64,000 nucleotides of DNA from assembly GCA_964291675.2 (NCBI GenBank), contig OZ219866.1, positions 1,824,001 through 1,888,000 on the forward strand. The letters run 5' to 3'. Of this stretch, positions 1 to 9,455 are shown in pieces; the first letter of the stretch is position 1, and every line of letters begins with the position of its first letter. A model generated the notes under the pieces. It had not been told where the DNA came from. It did no database searches and saw only the letters and a list, made by a program, of their open reading frames with translations. Origin of the DNA: Alphaproteobacteria bacterium (GTDB lineage Bacteria > Pseudomonadota > Alphaproteobacteria > MPNO01). The position numbers were made by a program, and so were the translations under genes.

Positions 1-1099
1 GGATGTTCCGCTCCGTGAGGTCCGCCGGCAATGTGCCGAAATGCAGGAGCGCGATGAAATTGGCGAAGCCGAGCTCGCGGTGGCAGTGGAGGATGCGCTC
101 GCGCACCGTGTCCGGGCTGCCGACAATGACGATGCCGAGCTCCATCATCTTCTCCAGCGTCTGGTCGCCGGCGATCGAGCGCTTGTGCTGGCGCACCCGC
201 TTGTACGAGCTCATGCCGAGATAGCCGGGCGGGAACAGGATCTCGAAGGGGAGCGCGAGGAACCGGTTGAACAGCGCCTCGATATGCGCCTTCGCCTCGG
301 CGACGGCCCGGGCGTCGGTGTCGGCGACATAGACCGGGGCGGTCCAGCCGAGCTGCTCCGACGAGGCGGCATAGCCGTACTTCGCTTCGCAGGTCTCGCG
401 GTAGAAATTGAGGAAACGGCTCACCGACTCGAACGGGCTGTAGTTCTGCAAGTACACGTAGCGCCGGTCGGGATGGGCGGCCCATTCGATGGTCTCGGTC
501 GAGCCCAGAGACGGGCACCAGATCGGCGGGTGCGGCTGCTGATAGGGGCGCGGCCACACATTGACGTATTCGAAGTGGAAATGCCTGCCCTCGAAGGCGA
601 AGGGCCCGGGCTCGGTCCAGGCGCGGACGATCAGGTCGTGCGCCTCGACATGGCGCTCGTGCGAGGTGGTCGGGTTGGCCGCCAGCGACCAGAACTCCGC
701 GCCGATGCCGCGGACGAACCCGGTGATCAGCCGCCCGCCGGAGATGCAGTCGAGCATGGCGTGCTCCTCGGCGAGCGTCAGCGGGTGTTCGCGGAGCGCA
801 AACGCGTTGCCGAGGATGGCGATCTTGCAGCTCTCGGTGCGCCGGGCCAGCGCCGCGGCCATCACCACCGGCGAGGGCATCAGCCCGTAGGCGTTCTGGT
901 GGTGCTCGTTGACGCTGACCGCATCGAAGCCGAGCTCGGCGGCGAGCTCCAGCTCGTCGAGATAGCGGTTGTAGAGCGCGGCGCCCTTCTTCGGGTCGAA
1001 GTCCGAGTTGGGATAGGTGACCCAGGCGGATTTGTGCTTCGCCCTCAGCGCCATGTCCATATGCGCGTAGGGCATCAGGTGGAACATCGTGATCTTCAT
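1..1099 (-). CDS. LLM-class flavin-dependent oxidoreductase (luciferase-like monooxygenase); 3' end runs off the window
   Basis: Read manually on the minus strand: MKITMFHLMPYAHMD...RYLDELELAAELGFDAVSVNEHHQNAYGLMPSP (EHH motif). GAAGGAG RBS precedes the ATG at 1099. Absent from the ORF track because it is truncated. Confidence 0.9.
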   Translation of the reverse strand, partial: MKITMFHLMPYAHMDMALRAKHKSAWVTYPNSDFDPKKGAALYNRYLDELELAAELGFDAVSVNEHHQNAYGLMPSPVVMAAALARRTESCKIAILGNAFALREHPLTLAEEHAMLDCISGGRLITGFVRGIGAEFWSLAANPTTSHERHVEAHDLIVRAWTEPGPFAFEGRHFHFEYVNVWPRPYQQPHPPIWCPSLGSTETIEWAAHPDRRYVYLQNYSPFESVSRFLNFYRETCEAKYGYAASSEQLGWTAPVYVADTDARAVAEAKAHIEALFNRFLALPFEILFPPGYLGMSSYKRVRQHKRSIAGDQTLEKMMELGIVIVGSPDTVRERILHCHRELGFANFIALLHFGTLPADLTERNI

Positions 1100-1127
1100 G
1101 CCGCGTGCTCCTTCGCGGCCGCCGCGG

Positions 1128-1913
1128 TCAGGCGGCGTGCCGGCCGCAGAACCCCGTCACCGCGTCGATGAAGGCATCGGTCTGCTCGATATTCGGCAGA
1201 TGGCCGCAATCCGCCACCATGGTCACCTCCGCGCCGGCGATCAGCTTGCCGAATTCGCCGGCATAGCAGGGCGGGATGATGCGGTCGGAATCGCCCCAGA
1301 TCACATGCGTCGGCACGTCGATCCGGTGCAGCCACTTGCGCAGCGCCGGGTTGAACAGCCGCGGCTGCCAGGCGAGGCGGGCGGTGGCGACCTTGTTCTT
1401 GATGATGATGTCCTGCTGTTCCTCGGTCGGCTCCAGCGCCAGCATCTGGTTGGCCAAGGCGTCCGACTTGAACAGCGCGCGGGCGAGCTCCTCGTCGTCC
1501 ATGATGAACAGATCGGCGGCGGGCTCGCCCTTGATGCGGATCCCGGCGGCGCCCACCAGGGTCAGCGAGGCGAGGCTGTGGGTCGAGCGCACCGCGAGCT
1601 CGAGCGCGATCCAGCCGCCGAGCGACTGGCCGACGAGATGCACGTTCTCCAGCCCATGTTCCCTGATGAAGTCGAGATAGAAATAGGCCAGGTCGTCGAC
1701 TTTCTCGACCCAGCCCGGCTCGTCCGACTGTCCGAAGGTCGGGTGGTCGGGCGCAATCACGTCGAAGCGGTCGGACAGGCGGTCGAGATAGGGCAGCCAC
1801 GCCGGGATGCCGCCGGCGCCGTGCAGGAACAGGAGCGTCCGGCCGCTGCCGCCGCGGCGCAGGAAGACCTTGCCGCCCTTGTAGTCGATTGTGCTCTCGC
1901 TGCACGATGCCAT
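1128..1913 (-). CDS. alpha/beta fold hydrolase
   Basis: LLFLHGAGG oxyanion motif, GQSLGG nucleophile elbow, C-terminal GH. Confidence 0.9.
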   Translation of the reverse strand: MASCSESTIDYKGGKVFLRRGGSGRTLLFLHGAGGIPAWLPYLDRLSDRFDVIAPDHPTFGQSDEPGWVEKVDDLAYFYLDFIREHGLENVHLVGQSLGGWIALELAVRSTHSLASLTLVGAAGIRIKGEPAADLFIMDDEELARALFKSDALANQMLALEPTEEQQDIIIKNKVATARLAWQPRLFNPALRKWLHRIDVPTHVIWGDSDRIIPPCYAGEFGKLIAGAEVTMVADCGHLPNIEQTDAFIDAVTGFCGRHAA

Positions 1914-1953
1914 CACATCCCTCCCCAACGCGGACCGGCGGCGCGGCGCCCGG

Positions 1954-2772
1954 TCACGACTTGACCTGCTCGTGCCCGCCGAGCCCCGGACGGTATTTCT
2001 TGTCCAGAAAATCGCCGATCCCCTCCTTGCGGAAGGAATCGTCCTGGCGCCGCGTGTGCTGCGCCTCCATCGCCGATGCGTAGTTCATCGCCGTGTCCCA
2101 GTCCATGCCGAGCGAGTGCCGGTAGGCTTCCTTGGTCGCGCGCAGGGCCGACGGGTCCTTGGCGGCGATGTCGCGGGCGGCCCCCATCACCGTCTCGCGC
2201 AGCTCCGCCAGCGGCACCGAGAAGTTCACGAAGCCGATCTCGGCGGCCGTCCTGCCGTCGAAGGGCCGGCCGGTCATCGCGTACCACAGGTAGTCGCGCG
2301 GGCGCAGCAGATTGCCCATCGACTTGGAGACGCTGCCGCCCGGGAACATCTTGAAATTGATCTCGCTCAGCGCGAATCGCGCCTCGTCGGCGGCGACCGC
2401 GAGGTCGCAGGCCTCGACGATGGTGAACGCCCCGCCATAGCAGTGCCCGTTGACCATGGCGATGGTGGGCTTCGGAAAATGGCGGATCGTCCGGCCGCGC
2501 CACTCGACCGACACCCGGGTCACCCGGTCGTACTCGTCGGGCTTGTCCTTGAGCTCGATGAAGAACTCCTTCAAGTCCATGCCGGCGGAGAAGGCGTCCC
2601 CCGCCCCGGTGATCACCAGCACGAGCGCGCCCGCGTCGTAGCGCAAAGCTTCCAGCGCGTCCGTCACCTCGTCGTGGAGCAGCGGGTTCATGGCGTTCTT
2701 CTTTTCCGGCCGGTTCAGCGTGAGCGTCGCCACCCCGTCGTCGACATCGACGCGTATCGTTCGGTATGCCAT
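1954..2772 (-). CDS. p-hydroxycinnamoyl/feruloyl-CoA hydratase-lyase (crotonase family)
   Basis: LNRPEKKNAMNP, FSAGMDLKEFF, NGHCYGG, LSEIN, C-terminal FLDKKYRPGLG, all typical of HCHL/Ech. Confidence 0.85.
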   Translation of the reverse strand: MAYRTIRVDVDDGVATLTLNRPEKKNAMNPLLHDEVTDALEALRYDAGALVLVITGAGDAFSAGMDLKEFFIELKDKPDEYDRVTRVSVEWRGRTIRHFPKPTIAMVNGHCYGGAFTIVEACDLAVAADEARFALSEINFKMFPGGSVSKSMGNLLRPRDYLWYAMTGRPFDGRTAAEIGFVNFSVPLAELRETVMGAARDIAAKDPSALRATKEAYRHSLGMDWDTAMNYASAMEAQHTRRQDDSFRKEGIGDFLDKKYRPGLGGHEQVKS

Positions 2773-2808
2773 CCCGTTCCCCCCGCTCCGCGCCGCCTTG
2801 CGGTATAT

Positions 2809-2845
2809 TCGTTAGTCACCTAACGACCGCCCGTCGGACTGTCAA
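2809..2845 (-). promoter_or_regulatory. Palindromic operator TCGTTAG-N4-CTAACGA (2809-2826) plus -35 TTGACA (2840-2845, minus strand) upstream of the HCHL gene
   Basis: Perfect 7-bp inverted repeat in the divergent region between HCHL and the MarR gene, overlapping the expected -10/TSS. Confidence 0.65.
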
Positions 2846-2897
2846 TCCGACCGCCGGGCCGGTTTCCCCCGCGCCGCGGAGCACTATCTTAGCCGCC

Positions 2898-3356
2898 ATG
2901 CCGCCCGACGACCATTTGGCCCCCGAAGAGACCGTCGGCTTCCTGCTGTGGGATACCACAAGGGCGTTCACCGCGCGGTTCTCCGAACGGATCGCCCGCC
3001 ACGGCGTGACCTTCGGCCTGTGGCCCTTCCTGCGCGCGCTCTGGGAGGAGGACGGGCTGACCCAGCGCCAGCTCTCCGAACGGGTGCGCATGAAGGGTCC
3101 GACCACGGCGGCCGCGGTCAGCCGGCTGGAGGCGCGCGGCCTCGTCAGGCGCATCCACAACGAGCATGACGGGCGCAAGATCAACGTCTTCCTCACCCCG
3201 GAGGGACGGCGCATCTACGACCTGGTGATGCCCGAGGTCGCGGCGATCAACCGCCAGGGCATCGCCGGGCTCTCGGAGTCCGAGCAGGCGGAGCTCAAGC
3301 GCCTGCTGCGGGGCCTGCGCGGCAACATGACGGCGGATGGCGGGACCGGTGCGTGA
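2898..3356 (+). CDS. MarR family transcriptional regulator
   Basis: LWEEDGLTQRQLSERV..LEARGLVRR..DGRKINVFLTPEG winged-helix pattern; divergent from HCHL. Confidence 0.9.
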   Translation: MPPDDHLAPEETVGFLLWDTTRAFTARFSERIARHGVTFGLWPFLRALWEEDGLTQRQLSERVRMKGPTTAAAVSRLEARGLVRRIHNEHDGRKINVFLTPEGRRIYDLVMPEVAAINRQGIAGLSESEQAELKRLLRGLRGNMTADGGTGA

Positions 3357-4558
3357 GCGGGCCGGGAGCAACTAGCCACCGGCTCGGCTTCGCCGCCACC
3401 GCGCTGCTGCTCGGCCTGTTGATGGCCTCGCTGCCGCTGTCGGTGGATTCGACCCTGCCGTCGATGCCGCTCGCGGCGGCCGATTTCGGCGTCTCCGACG
3501 GCGCGATCCAGCTCAGCCTCAGCATCTTCATGGCCGGCATCGCCACCGGCCAGCTGTTCTACGGCCCGGTCTCCGACCGCTTCGGCCGGCGTCCGGTCCT
3601 GCTCGCCGCCTTCTGCGTGTTCGTGGCCGCGGCCGTCGGCTGCGCGCTCTCCGCCTCCTACGAATCCTTCATCGCGCTCCGCTTCGTCCAGGGGCTCGCC
3701 GCCTGCGCGGCCTCGGTGCTGGCGCGTGCCATCGTGCGCGACCTGTTCGACCGCGAGGAGGCGGCGAAGATGCTCGCCTATGTGATGATGCTGTACGGCT
3801 TCGCGCCGGTCGTGGGACCCGTCCTCGGCGCGCATCTCGCGGTCTCGCTGGGCTGGCGCGCGGTCTACTGGTTTCTCGCCATATTCGGCCTGCTGGCGCT
3901 CGTCGTGGCGTGGCGCGCGCTGGGCGAAACGGTGTCCGCGCGCCGGCTGGATGCGCTCCGGCCCGGCCCGCTGGTCCGCACCTATTCGCGGCTTCTCGCA
4001 AGCCGCCTCTTCGTCGGCTACATGCTGATGCTGAGCGCGTGCTTCTGCGGGCTGTTCGCCTTCCTCGCCGCATCCGCGACCAGCCTGATCAACCATATCG
4101 GCGTCCCGGTCGAGGTCTACGGCTATCTCTTCGCCGGCTGCATGATGGTCTATGTGGCCGGCAGCCTGCTGTCGGCGCGGCTGGTGGGCCGCCGGTCGAT
4201 CCACGGCATGATCGTGACCGGCGGGGCGATGATGGCCTGTGCCGGAATCGTCATGGCCGCTCTCGGCCTCGCCCGGGTCGACTCGGTATGGGCGATCGTC
4301 CTGCCGATGGCGGGCTTCATGTTCGCCTTCAGCTTCATCGTGCCCTCCGGCCAGGCCGCGGCGATGTCGGTCTTTCCCGATATCGCGGGCGCGGCCTCCT
4401 CGGTGCTCGGCTTCGTGCAGCTCACGCTGAGCGCGGCGACCGGGCTGGCGATCGGGCACTTCGCCGACGGCACCCAGCAGCCGATGACGGTGGCGATCGG
4501 CATCGCCTCGCTGTGCCCGGTCCCGATCTACCTGTCGGTCGTCCGCGCGCGCCGGTGA
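3353..4558 (+). CDS. Bcr/CflA family MFS efflux transporter
   Basis: GQLFYGPVSDRFGRRPVLL motif A, about 12 hydrophobic segments; overlaps the MarR stop codon. Confidence 0.9.
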   Translation: MSGPGATSHRLGFAATALLLGLLMASLPLSVDSTLPSMPLAAADFGVSDGAIQLSLSIFMAGIATGQLFYGPVSDRFGRRPVLLAAFCVFVAAAVGCALSASYESFIALRFVQGLAACAASVLARAIVRDLFDREEAAKMLAYVMMLYGFAPVVGPVLGAHLAVSLGWRAVYWFLAIFGLLALVVAWRALGETVSARRLDALRPGPLVRTYSRLLASRLFVGYMLMLSACFCGLFAFLAASATSLINHIGVPVEVYGYLFAGCMMVYVAGSLLSARLVGRRSIHGMIVTGGAMMACAGIVMAALGLARVDSVWAIVLPMAGFMFAFSFIVPSGQAAAMSVFPDIAGAASSVLGFVQLTLSAATGLAIGHFADGTQQPMTVAIGIASLCPVPIYLSVVRARR

Positions 4559-4625
4559 GCCGCGTTCCGCTCGCCCGCCTCATCTGCTAAACCCCGGGCG
4601 GCGGCTGATCGGGGGCAGGGGCCGG

Positions 4626-5942
4626 ATGATTCCGCGCTATTCGCGAGACGAGATGGCGTCGCTCTGGGCGCCCGAGACCAGGTTCCGCATCTGGCTCGAG
4701 ATCGAGGCGCATGCCTGCGACGCGCAGGCGGCGCTCGGGCTGATCCCCGAGTCCGCCGCGCGGGCCGTGCGGGAGCGCGGCGCCTTCGAGGTCGAACGCA
4801 TCGAGGAGATCGAGCGCGAGACCCGGCACGACGTGATCGCCTTCCTCACCAACCTCGCCGAGCATGTCGGGCCCGAGGCGCGCTTCGTCCATCGCGGCAT
4901 GACCTCGTCCGACGTGCTGGATACCTGTCTCGCGGTGCAGCTCAGCCGCGCCGCCGATCTGCTGGATGGCGGGATCGCGGCGGTGATGGACGCTCTCGAA
5001 CGCCGCGCCCGCGAGCACAGGCTCACCCCCTGCATCGGGCGCAGCCACGGTATCCACGCCGAGCCCACCACGTTCGGGCTCAAGCTCGCCGGGCACTACG
5101 CCGAGTTCGCGCGCAACCGCGCCCGCCTCGCCACCGCGAGAGCCGAGGTCGCGACCTGCGCCATATCCGGCGCGGTCGGCACGTTCGCCAATATCGACCC
5201 GCGGGTCGAGGCGCATGTGGCGGAGCAGCTCGGGCTCGCGGTCGAGCCGGTCTCCACCCAGATCGTCCCGCGCGACCGGCACGCGGCGTTCTTCGCCGCC
5301 CTCGGGCTGGTGGCGAGCGCGGTCGAGCGGCTGGCGACCGAGATCCGCCACCTGCAACGCACCGAGCTGCGCGAGGCCGAGGAGTATTTCGCGCCCGGCC
5401 AGAAGGGCTCGTCCGCGATGCCGCACAAGCGCAACCCGGTGCTGACCGAGAACCTGACGGGGCTCGCGCGCATCGTGCGCTCGCATGTCGCGCCGGCGCT
5501 GGAGAACGTCGTGCTGTGGCACGAGCGCGACATCTCGCATTCCTCGGTGGAACGCACGATCACGCCCGATGCGACGGTGACGCTCGACTTCGCGCTGGCC
5601 AGGCTCGCCGGCGTGGTCGACCGGCTGGCGGTCTACCCCGAACGGATGCGCGAGAACCTCGACGCACTCGGCGGGCTGATCCACTCGCAGCGCGTGCTGC
5701 TGGCGCTCGCCGAGGCCGGGATGTCGCGCGAGGACGCCTATGAAGCCGTCCAGCGGAGCGCGTTGCGGGTCTGGGAGGACGGCGGCGAGTTCCTGGCGCT
5801 GCTGCAGGGGGACGAGGCGGTGACCCGTCACCTGTCGGACGACGCGCTGGCGGCGCTGTTCGACCTCGACTACCACCTCGCCCATGTGGACACGATCTTC
5901 GAGCGCGTCTTCGGGCCGGGGGACCCGCTCAGTCGCGCCTGA
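4626..5942 (+). CDS. purB: adenylosuccinate lyase
   Basis: MIPRYSR start, TRHDVIAF, GRSHGIHAEPTTFG, GSSAMPHKRNP signature. Confidence 0.97.
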   Translation: MIPRYSRDEMASLWAPETRFRIWLEIEAHACDAQAALGLIPESAARAVRERGAFEVERIEEIERETRHDVIAFLTNLAEHVGPEARFVHRGMTSSDVLDTCLAVQLSRAADLLDGGIAAVMDALERRAREHRLTPCIGRSHGIHAEPTTFGLKLAGHYAEFARNRARLATARAEVATCAISGAVGTFANIDPRVEAHVAEQLGLAVEPVSTQIVPRDRHAAFFAALGLVASAVERLATEIRHLQRTELREAEEYFAPGQKGSSAMPHKRNPVLTENLTGLARIVRSHVAPALENVVLWHERDISHSSVERTITPDATVTLDFALARLAGVVDRLAVYPERMRENLDALGGLIHSQRVLLALAEAGMSREDAYEAVQRSALRVWEDGGEFLALLQGDEAVTRHLSDDALAALFDLDYHLAHVDTIFERVFGPGDPLSRA

Positions 5943-6339
5943 CGGTCGGCCGGCCCTCGCCGATCCATTTCGCGATCCCGCCCTCGACGTTGTAGACCCG
6001 CCGGTACTTGAAATGCCGGTCGAGCAGGCGGCTCACCGCCTTGCTGCGCCCGCCGCTGTGGCAGAGGATCGCGACGGGCTGTTCCGGCGCGGCGATCGCG
6101 GCGAACCTGGCCATCCAGCCGCGCACGTCGTAACGCCCGTTCTCGTCGAAGAAGGTCAGCAAATGGCTGCCCTGGACGACGCCCGTCTTGTCCCACTCCG
6201 CCGCGGTCCGCACGTCGACCACCGGCACCCCGCCCTGAATCAGCTTCTGGAGCGCGGCGGCATCGACATGGGCGATCTCCGCGCGCAGCGGCGCGGCGAG
6301 CGCGAGCAGCGCGGCGACCGGCGACAGCCATCTCAGCAT
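5929..6339 (-). CDS. exported rhodanese-like domain protein
   Basis: Signal peptide (..APLRA), VDVRTAAEW, CHSGGRS active-site loop, YNVEGGIAKW. Confidence 0.85.
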   Translation of the reverse strand: MLRWLSPVAALLALAAPLRAEIAHVDAAALQKLIQGGVPVVDVRTAAEWDKTGVVQGSHLLTFFDENGRYDVRGWMARFAAIAAPEQPVAILCHSGGRSKAVSRLLDRHFKYRRVYNVEGGIAKWIGEGRPTVRRD

Positions 6340-6395
6340 CTCTGCGCCTCCGGCTTCCGGCGAACGGCCCGAGCCTACCGCAACCCGGTCCACCG

Positions 6396-6902
6396 TCAAG
6401 CCGCTGCCGCGAGTGCCCATTGCGCCGGAGCGGGGCCACGCCGGGGCGATCGCTTTGCCCGTTCGATCTTCTTGAATGCGAAGATCAGCTGCTGCCGATG
6501 GTGGACCTCGTCTTCAAGATCGGCGATTCGTTTCAGCACGTCTCTCAGGCTGTCGCCAGCTGCCTCGACCTGTTCCATGTACAGGACTCTGAGGATGGAC
6601 TCCGCCGCTTTCGGAATGCCGGTCTTGCCGGCTTCCCACCGGTGAACCGTCTGCTCCTTCACTCCAAGCATGTGCGCCAACGCCGCCTGGGACATCAGCA
6701 ACTCTCGCCGCAGGAAACGGATTTCCCTTCCGCTCAGATCCTTCTTTCGGTCACACAGGTGTTCGCCGATCGCCTGGTGCAGGATGTCCACGTCCTCGAT
6801 GGCGACGCTCGTTCCCCTCGCAGATTCAAACCTCTTGAACCCGTTCGCCAGGTAGACGTCGTCCAGGCCGCATTCCACGTAATGGTATCTCTCATCGCTC
6901 AC
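6396..6902 (-). CDS. XRE/HTH protein, MqsA-like antitoxin-type regulator with no cognate toxin next to it
   Basis: N-terminal YHYVECGLDDVYLANGF; HTH LSGREIRFLRRELLMSQAALAHMLGVKEQTVHRWEAG; lower GC than neighbours. Confidence 0.8.
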   Translation of the reverse strand: MSDERYHYVECGLDDVYLANGFKRFESARGTSVAIEDVDILHQAIGEHLCDRKKDLSGREIRFLRRELLMSQAALAHMLGVKEQTVHRWEAGKTGIPKAAESILRVLYMEQVEAAGDSLRDVLKRIADLEDEVHHRQQLIFAFKKIERAKRSPRRGPAPAQWALAAAA

Positions 6903-6938
6903 GACCTATCAATATGGTAGGTCTCCGAACTCCGTCAA
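6903..6938 (-). promoter_or_regulatory. sigma70-like promoter TTGACG-N16-CATATT with operator GACCTA-N9-TAGGTC; near-leaderless transcript
   Basis: The inverted repeat (6903-6908/6918-6923) brackets the -10; GTG start lies 8 nt downstream of the -10. Confidence 0.65.
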
Positions 6939-6991
6939 GGCGCCGCGGGGTCCGGTTGCGCGGCGTCGCGCGCAGGTGCCACAATCCACCC

Positions 6992-7858
6992 ATGACCAGA
7001 CCCTGCCCCGGGCCCCTGCCGCCCGGCCCGCCGGTTTCCCGGGCGCCGCCCGGGACCTGCGACACCCACGCCCATATTCTCGGGCCCTATGACCGGTTCC
7101 CGCTCGACGAGGGCCGGTTCTACACCGCGCCGGAATCGCCGCTGGAGGCCTATGTCGCCCTGCAGGAGGCGCTCGGCATCGAGCGGGCGGTGATCGTCCA
7201 CCCGAGCTGCTATGCCACCGACCTCCGGGCGACCGCCGACGCGCTGGCCCGGCTGGGCAGCAATGCCCGGGCGGTGGCCGTGGTCGATCCCGATATCGGC
7301 GACGAGGAGTTGCGCGCGCTCGACGGGCTCGGGTTCCGCGGCGTCCGCTTCGCCCCGGTGCTGCTCGGCGGCGACCCGATGCCGGTCATCGAGGCCTTCG
7401 CGCCGCGCGCCGCCCGGCTCGGCTGGCATATCGACCTGTTCATCGACGGGCCGAAGGAAATGACCCGCATGCTGGCCGGGCTGAAATCGCTCGACATCGA
7501 CCTGGTGCTCGACCACTTCGCCCATTTCGGCGGCGCCGACGGCGTCGACCACCCGGGCTTCGCCGCGCTGGTCGACCTCGTCGAGGCCGGCCGCTGCTGG
7601 GTCAAGCTCTCCTGCCCCGACCGGCTGAGCAGCGCGGGACCGCCCTACGCGGACATGGTGCCGCTCGCCAGGGCGCTGATCGAGACCAGGCCCGACCGCA
7701 TGCTGTGGGCCACCGACTGGCCGCATGTCGGGCACTGGGACCGGCCGATCCCGCCAGACGCCGCCCTGCTCGACTGGCTCGCCGGCTGGGGCGTCGACGA
7801 ACGCACGCTCGAGACGATGCTGGTCGACAACCCGGCCGCGCTGTTCGGCTTCGCGTAG
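6992..7858 (+). CDS. amidohydrolase_2 family, 2-pyrone-4,6-dicarboxylate lactonase (LigI)-like
   Basis: CDTHAHI, GIERAVIVHPS, DHFA, WVKLS, LWATDWPH, LVDNPAALFGF. Confidence 0.85.
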   Translation: MTRPCPGPLPPGPPVSRAPPGTCDTHAHILGPYDRFPLDEGRFYTAPESPLEAYVALQEALGIERAVIVHPSCYATDLRATADALARLGSNARAVAVVDPDIGDEELRALDGLGFRGVRFAPVLLGGDPMPVIEAFAPRAARLGWHIDLFIDGPKEMTRMLAGLKSLDIDLVLDHFAHFGGADGVDHPGFAALVDLVEAGRCWVKLSCPDRLSSAGPPYADMVPLARALIETRPDRMLWATDWPHVGHWDRPIPPDAALLDWLAGWGVDERTLETMLVDNPAALFGFA

Positions 7859-7924
7859 GCTCGATACACGACGCCCCGGTCGCGGAAAATGGCCGGGCGC
7901 GCATCAACCCGGGAGGAAAACGAC

Positions 7925-8926
7925 ATGGGATCCTCGATCCTGACGATTTCACGCATTGCGTCGATCGCCGCGGCGGCGGTCGTCGCGGGCAACGCGGCGG
8001 CGGCGGAGATGTCGCTCAGATTCGGCCACCCGTCCCAGCCGGACCCCAATCGCGGTCCCTATGCCGACGCGCCGCACCAGTTCACGCAGGCGCTGGAGAA
8101 GCTGCTGCCCGGCCAGTTCAAGATCAAGGTCTACCCCAATCGCCAGCTCGGCGACGAGAAGGAGATGCTCGAGCAGGTCCGCTTCGGCACGCTCGACATG
8201 GACGTTACCACCAACGCGGTCGTTGCCAATGTCGAATCGAGCCTGCTCGCCAACGACCTGCCGTTCCTCTACCCCGACGCCCCGACCGCGCATCGGGTGC
8301 TCGACGGGCCGATCGGCCAGGACATGCTTGCCAGGCTGGAGGCCAAGAACCTGATCGGTCTGGCGTTTTTCGAGGGCGGCTTCCGCCACATGATGAACAA
8401 CGCCCGACCGGTCGTCACCCCGGCCGACGTGAAGGGGGTCAAGTACCGGGTGATGCAGAACCCGGTTTTCATCGGCATGTTCAATTCGCTCGGCGGCAAC
8501 GCGATCCCGATGGCCTTCGGCGATCTGTTCACCGCGCTCCGCCAGGGCACGGTGGACGGCATGGAGCTGCCGATCACCGCCGGCTTCGCGGTCAAGGCGA
8601 ACGAGGTGACCAAGTATCTCTCGCTGACCTCGCACACCTATTCGGCGCTCGTCATGACGGTCTCCAAGCGGACCTTCAAGAAGCTCGGGAAAGACCAGCA
8701 GCAGGCCTTCCGCAAGGCAGCCCTGATGGCGAACAAGGCGCAGCGGGCCAACAACGCCAAGCGGGAATCGGCCGCCCTCGACGCGCTCAAGCAGCGCGGG
8801 ATGGCGGTCAACCCGGTCAAGGACCTGGCCGAGTTCCGCTCCATGGTGACACCGGTCTACGACCAGTTCCGCGACCGCATCGGCTCCGCCCTGCTCGACT
8901 CGCTGCTCGCCGCGGTCAAGAAGTAG
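7925..8926 (+). CDS. TRAP transporter substrate-binding protein DctP
   Basis: Signal peptide, YPNRQLG, DLPFL, KYRVMQ, ALRQGTVDGME; GGAGG RBS. Confidence 0.93.
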   Translation: MGSSILTISRIASIAAAAVVAGNAAAAEMSLRFGHPSQPDPNRGPYADAPHQFTQALEKLLPGQFKIKVYPNRQLGDEKEMLEQVRFGTLDMDVTTNAVVANVESSLLANDLPFLYPDAPTAHRVLDGPIGQDMLARLEAKNLIGLAFFEGGFRHMMNNARPVVTPADVKGVKYRVMQNPVFIGMFNSLGGNAIPMAFGDLFTALRQGTVDGMELPITAGFAVKANEVTKYLSLTSHTYSALVMTVSKRTFKKLGKDQQQAFRKAALMANKAQRANNAKRESAALDALKQRGMAVNPVKDLAEFRSMVTPVYDQFRDRIGSALLDSLLAAVKK

Positions 8927-8978
8927 GCCCGGTCGGGCAACCGGCGGCGGCGGCCGCCCAGCCGCCCCGCGCCGCGGC

Positions 8979-9455
8979 ATGACCCGGGCCGTCGAGACCG
9001 TATCCCGCCTGTTCGCGCGGCTGACCCAGTGGCTCGCCGTCGCGATGGCGACGGTCATGGTCGTTTGCCTGCTGCTCCAGATCTTCTTCCGCTACGCGCT
9101 GGCGAGCCCCTTGACCTGGACCGAGGAGCTGGCGGTGCTGATGTTCGCCTGGGTCGTCATGCTGATGGGAAGCCTGGGCGTGCGCGAGGACTTCCATGTC
9201 CGGCTCACCCTGTTGCTCGACCGGGTTCCCGAGGCGCCGCGGTTGTGGATCGAACGGGCGACGCTGGCGGCCATCCTCGCCTTCGGCGTGTTGCTGGCCA
9301 TCGCCGGCTACCACTATGTCGAGGGCACGCTCGGCGTGGTGTCCGCGGCCATCGGATTCCCCATCGAGGCGCTTCACCTGGCGGCGCCGGTGTGCGGCGT
9401 GCTGATCGTCCTGCACGCCGCGGCCCGGCTGCTCGGCGGAGGGCGGCCACAATGA
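8979..9455 (+). CDS. TRAP small permease DctQ
   Basis: FFRY..WTEEL..HVR; 4 TM segments. Confidence 0.9.
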   Translation: MTRAVETVSRLFARLTQWLAVAMATVMVVCLLLQIFFRYALASPLTWTEELAVLMFAWVVMLMGSLGVREDFHVRLTLLLDRVPEAPRLWIERATLAAILAFGVLLAIAGYHYVEGTLGVVSAAIGFPIEALHLAAPVCGVLIVLHAAARLLGGGRPQ

